Part shown: positions 60,239 through 64,000 of the stretch, in pieces
Layout: every line of letters starts with the position of its first letter
How positions within the stretch are numbered: the stretch's first letter is position 1
NCBI GenBank assembly: GCA_963837955.1
Contig: CAWIPH010000002.1
Location: 960,001 to 1,024,000 of the forward strand
DNA: 64,000 bases
Direction: 5' to 3'
DNA from: an uncultured Verrucomicrobiae bacterium
GTDB taxonomy: Bacteria > Verrucomicrobiota > Verrucomicrobiia > Chthoniobacterales > JAFAMB01
Position numbers and translations under genes: made by a program
The notes under the pieces: generated by a model
Database searches by the model: none
Told to the model about the DNA's origin: nothing
Seen by the model: the letters and a program-made list of their open reading frames with translations, nothing else

Positions 60239-61127
60239 CTGTATTGACACCAAGCGAGACAAATTCATGCGGTATTTCCGCCTCGAATTCGAACCATTTT
60301 TCTGACTTTGGGTGAGTGAAGCCTAAACGCCAGGCATGCAACATATGCCGCTCAAATTCACGCGATTGTCTTCCGTACAATTTATCCCCGACGACCGGAT
60401 GACCCAGATACTGCAGGTGCACCCGAATCTGGTGGGTTCTACCGGACAGCAAACGACAGAGAACGAGTGAATAGTCGCCTACCTCTTGCAGCACTTCGAA
60501 TAGCGTGTGAGCGCTCCTCCCCCGGTCGACAATCGCCATTTTCTTTCGATGCACCGGATGCCGGCCGATCGGTGCGCTTACCTCGCCTTTTTTGGTCGAA
60601 AATTTTCCATGGCAGATGGCCAGGTAATATTTTTCAACCTTCCGATTCGCAAATTGCCGGCTCAATCCTTGATGGGTGAGATCATCCTTCGCCACTACCA
60701 GACATCCGCTCGTTTCCTTGTCGAGCCGATGTACCACGCCGGGCCTCAGTTCTCCACCGATTCCGCTGAGAGAGGTGCAATGGTATAGGAGCGCGTTGAC
60801 CAAAGTGCCGTCCGGATTTCCCGCGCCCGGATGAACACTTAGGCCGGCAGGTTTATTGATCACGATCAAGTACAGATCTTCGTACAGGATGGGCAGCGCG
60901 ATTGACTGCGGTACGATTTCGACCGCGCGAACTTCGGGCTCGCTCACCGTGATCCAATCCCCTCTGCGGACACGTTCTCGCACGCGAACCTCCTGCGCAT
61001 TGAGCCGGATGTGCCCCGATTGGATAAGGCTTTGCACTCGCGCTCGCGATAATCGAGCGATCCGCTTGGAGACTACGAGGTCAAAGCGCAGTCCGGCATC
61101 GGTTTGATCAGCCTGGAACGTCTCCAT
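60135..61127 (-). CDS. rluD: RluA-family 23S rRNA pseudouridine synthase
   Basis: S4-like N-terminus, INKPAGL, VHRLDKETSG, GRTHQIRVH, HPVVGD. Confidence 0.93.
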   Translation of the reverse strand: METFQADQTDAGLRFDLVVSKRIARLSRARVQSLIQSGHIRLNAQEVRVRERVRRGDWITVSEPEVRAVEIVPQSIALPILYEDLYLIVINKPAGLSVHPGAGNPDGTLVNALLYHCTSLSGIGGELRPGVVHRLDKETSGCLVVAKDDLTHQGLSRQFANRKVEKYYLAICHGKFSTKKGEVSAPIGRHPVHRKKMAIVDRGRSAHTLFEVLQEVGDYSLVLCRLLSGRTHQIRVHLQYLGHPVVGDKLYGRQSREFERHMLHAWRLGFTHPKSEKWFEFEAEIPHEFVSLGVNTDELTRARNRISHSGAATTSGPSRSSVRPDDSGPN

Positions 61128-61145
61128 GCTAGCGCGGAGGTAGAC

Positions 61146-61934
61146 TTACGCTTTCGCCAATCGCGCCGCCTCCAAAAGGTCATGAAGTAACTTCTTGGGA
61201 TCACTGGCTCGCATCAACGATTCACCTACAAGTACAGCATCCGCTCCGGCCTGGAGAACTCGTTGCACGTCTGCTCCGGTTTGAATTCCGCTCTCGCTGA
61301 CGATGGTACATTGAGAGGGGACTAAGGGCACAAGACGCTCGGTTGTCTCCAAATCGACCTTGAAAGTTGTCAGATCGCGATTGTTGATGCCGATAAAGTC
61401 AGCGCCAAATTTTAAAGCTCGCTCTAATTCCGCTTCGTTGTGCACCTCTACCAGAATGTCCACGGACAGGCTCGTTCCTACCTCGTGAAGGTACTTCAAT
61501 TCGTCGTCCGAGAGCGCTGCCACGATCAAGAGAACCGCATCTGCTCCGGCCAAGATAGCTTGATAGATCTGCACTTCATGAAGGGTGAAATCCTTTCGTA
61601 GAGTTGGGATCGGAACGTGCTGATGGACCAGAGCCAAGTAATCAAGATGTCCTCGAAAAAAACGTTCATCGGTGATCACGGACACACAATGCGCTCCGCC
61701 CTCATAGTATTTCGCGGCGATCGAAACCGGATCGAATTCCTCGGCGATCAGGCCGGCGGAAGGGGATGCGCGCTTCACTTCGGCGATAAACCCAAAAGGA
61801 GCGAGGTCGAGCGTGGTACGAAACCCGCGGAAATTGCGATGTTCTTTAGCGCGCGTTTTCCAATCGTTAGTGTGAGCGATCCAGGGCGAAATCTCCTGCC
61901 GCTTATGATCGATAATTTCAGCAAGCCGGCTCAT
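61146..61934 (-). CDS. trpC: Indole-3-glycerol phosphate synthase
   Basis: IAEVKRASPSAG, LRKDF, GADAVLLI, GINNRDL, SESGI. Confidence 0.97.
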   Translation of the reverse strand: MSRLAEIIDHKRQEISPWIAHTNDWKTRAKEHRNFRGFRTTLDLAPFGFIAEVKRASPSAGLIAEEFDPVSIAAKYYEGGAHCVSVITDERFFRGHLDYLALVHQHVPIPTLRKDFTLHEVQIYQAILAGADAVLLIVAALSDDELKYLHEVGTSLSVDILVEVHNEAELERALKFGADFIGINNRDLTTFKVDLETTERLVPLVPSQCTIVSESGIQTGADVQRVLQAGADAVLVGESLMRASDPKKLLHDLLEAARLAKA

Positions 61935-62027
61935 GCATTATAATTAGCACGTTTCGGTTCATTCGAGAGCGGCAAAAAAGTACTTGAATCATCACTTTGA
62001 AGGGGCATGATTCTCCCTTCACTCTCC

Positions 62028-62100
62028 GCGGGTGTAGCTCAGTTGGTAGAGCACTTCCTTGCCAAGGAAGATGTCGCGAGTTCGAGTCTCGTCACCCGCT
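62028..62100 (+). tRNA. tRNA-Gly (GCC), CCA not encoded
   Basis: Acceptor gcgggtg/cacccgc, D arm tagctcagttggtagagc, anticodon arm cttcc-ttGCCaa-ggaag, T loop ttcgagt. Confidence 0.97.
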
Positions 62101-62238
62101 TTCGCCCGCTCGTTCCTCGCGGGCTACAGCGCGGCACAGCCCGCTATCAGCAGCCAGCCTTTCAGCTTTTCCAACCCAAAGGGCGAAAGCGTCGCGCCGA
62201 AGTCCGGCGTTAGCCTCGCGGCCGCGAGACCCAACGCG

Positions 62239-62361
62239 GGGAGGGATCGCGTCCCCGCGATCCGTTGTGGCCGGACCCAAGCGCGTTTGTATACCAAGGG
62301 TTAAATTGGGTACCCCAGGTTAGAGATCGTTTTCTCGGCGCGCGGGGACGCGCGCCCTCCC
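62239..62361. repeat. REP doublet (family 2) with spacer
   Basis: gggagggatcgcgtccccgcgatcc ... ggcgcgcggggacgcgcgccctccc. Confidence 0.8.
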
Positions 62362-62599
62362 GGCGATGGAGCAGGCAAACCATTCATTATGTTGACGCGG
62401 ATGGGCGTTAGCCGGACGAAGGCGGACCGCGCGCCGCCTTGGCGATTTCATCGGGTTCTCGCATACGCCCCATCGGGATGGTGGACACAATCCGTGCGAT
62501 AGCGTCCGCCGGCTGCGGTGGTAGGTGCGCAGGAACTAGTGTTTTGCTCCTGCGAGAATACCGACGATAGACGTAAATGCCGCATCGGCAGTTATCAGC

Positions 62600-62647
62600 T
62601 TGTCACCGGACATGAGCTGGGTTAAGATTAGACAAATGTCTAATCTT
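62600..62647 (+). promoter_or_regulatory. Sigma70 promoter and overlapping ArsR-type operator
   Basis: TTGTCA-N17-TAAGAT (62600-62628); perfect 11-2-11 inverted repeat aagattagaca-aa-tgtctaatctt (62624-62647). Confidence 0.75.
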
Positions 62648-63208
62648 TCGGCGAATGAAAGCAATGTCGATCTGCTGCGCTTTTTCAAAGCCCTCGCCGA
62701 CGAAACTCGATTGAAGATGGTAGCTCTGCTGGCGTCCAAGTCGCGCTCTGGGGAGCAGCTTGCGGAGCTGCTGAGCATTAAGGGGGCGACGGTGTCGCAC
62801 CATTTGTCGAAGCTCGCCGATGCGGGACTGGTGACCTCCACCTCGGAGGGCCACAAAAAGTTTTATACGCTACGTCTCGACGCGGTGCGCGCCACTGCGC
62901 AACAACTGCAGGCCAAAGACGCCGGACTCCGGGTGCCGGAAGGCGCCGATACCGGTGAGTACGACCGCAAGGTGCTCAAGGACTTTTTCCACAGCGACGG
63001 CTCGCTGCGGCAGCTTCCGATGCAGCGGAAGAAGTTTCTGGCCGTGCTCAAGCACATCGTCAAGGACATCGAACCCGGCCGCGAGTACACCGAGAAACAG
63101 ATCAACGCTCTGCTGGAGCGCCGCCACCCAGACACGGCCAGCCTGCGCAGAGGCATGATCGACTTCCGCTTGATGGAGCGCAAGTCGGGCGTGTATTGGC
63201 GTGTCTAA
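62636..63208 (+). CDS. ArsR/SmtB-family regulator with C-terminal DUF2087-like domain
   Basis: FKALADETRLKM, LAELL..TVSHHLSKL..AGLV; C-terminal LP.QRKK, YTEKQIN, DTASLRR, YWR. Confidence 0.88.
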   Translation: MSNLSANESNVDLLRFFKALADETRLKMVALLASKSRSGEQLAELLSIKGATVSHHLSKLADAGLVTSTSEGHKKFYTLRLDAVRATAQQLQAKDAGLRVPEGADTGEYDRKVLKDFFHSDGSLRQLPMQRKKFLAVLKHIVKDIEPGREYTEKQINALLERRHPDTASLRRGMIDFRLMERKSGVYWRV

Positions 63209-63415
63209 GCGCGGAAATTCGCGCTGGCTCTGACAGCAATTGACCTATTGACATTTGATTCGAGCAGCAGACGCTGAAATCGCTGTGCCCTATCCCCTGG
63301 CGCGACAAAAGAGACGGATCGCTTGAGAAGAAGCGCCCAGGATCGGCTGAAGAGTTATCGCCTCCTGGACAGTTTGGGCCCGAAAACGAGTAAGTGGCCG
63401 TCCAAGGAAAAGAAA

Positions 63416-64000
63416 ATGACCAGCAACGAAATGAACTCGCAGATGTCCACCAAGCAAGGCTTTATCGCCGCGCTTGATCAAAGTGGTGGTTCGACGCCCG
63501 GTGCTTTGCGTTACTACGGCATACCTGACAGCGCGTATAGCGGAGAGACCGAGATGTTTAAGCTGATGCACGAGATGCGCGTACGCATCATGAGTTCGCC
63601 CGCCTTCACGGGCGACAAGGTCATCGGAGCGATTCTGTTTGAAGGCACAATGGATGGACAGGCTAAAGGGAAACCTGTGCCTGCATTCCTCTGGGAAGAC
63701 CGCGGTGTCGTCCCGTTCCTGAAAGTCGATAAAGGATTGGAAACGGAAAAGGACGGGGTCAGTCTGATGAAGCCGATTCCGGGACTAGACTCGCTTCTTG
63801 AACGCGCCGCGAAACTCGGGGTCTACGGCACGAAAATGCGCTCGACGATCCACTTGCCCTCCAAGACCGGCATCGCGGCCATTGTGGCCCAGCAGTTCGC
63901 GTTTGCAGCGCAAATCGCGGAGCATGGACTGATGCCGATCCTGGAGCCGGAAGTTTTGATCAAGAGTCCGGACAAACCGGGCGCCGAAGCGATTCTTCGC
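63416..64000 (+). CDS. Fructose-bisphosphate aldolase class I (3' truncated by window; absent from ORF track)
   Basis: Hand translation: GFIAALDQSGGSTPGAL, GAILFE, VPFLKVDKGL, GTKMRS, PILEPEV; SD aaggaa upstream. Confidence 0.92.
   Translation, partial: MTSNEMNSQMSTKQGFIAALDQSGGSTPGALRYYGIPDSAYSGETEMFKLMHEMRVRIMSSPAFTGDKVIGAILFEGTMDGQAKGKPVPAFLWEDRGVVPFLKVDKGLETEKDGVSLMKPIPGLDSLLERAAKLGVYGTKMRSTIHLPSKTGIAAIVAQQFAFAAQIAEHGLMPILEPEVLIKSPDKPGAEAILR

Noticed and set aside
62100..64000. Genomic island integrated at tRNA-Gly
   Set aside because: Downstream genes look somewhat more GC-rich by eye, but there is no integrase and no duplicated tRNA 3' end in the window

Overview
Core-genome window from a moderately GC-rich bacterium, most likely Verrucomicrobiota (Chthoniobacterales/Spartobacteria-like; an inference from protein character and gene content, not a search). 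From left to right: end of rpoB, rpoC, PduO-type adenosyltransferase, rpsB-tsf, a liv ABC operon with two binding proteins, UvrD/PcrA helicase, a divergent type III PKS plus ACP, rpsO-pnp, an ~18 kb respiratory supercluster, system II cytochrome c biogenesis genes, a CHAD protein, a direct-repeat-flanked poxB islet, rbsK, a DsbA-like gene, a sigma54-preceded urtABCDE operon, several housekeeping genes, tRNA-Gly(GCC), an ArsR/DUF2087 regulator and the start of a class I aldolase. The supercluster comprises alternative complex III actABCDEFG, a cbb3-derived ccoN*-ccoO-ccoP-like module, an A1-type aa3 oxidase and its assembly genes. The strongest candidate for an undescribed system is the cbb3-like module: its full-length CcoN homologue has lost all six heme/CuB histidines while its two cytochrome c partners are intact, and it sits between ACIII and an aa3 oxidase that lacks its own cytochrome c domain. 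This suggests a catalytically dead oxidase subunit reused as a scaffold for electron transfer. Intergenic DNA carries at least four families of REP/REPIN-like palindromic elements, two of which show stem covariation.
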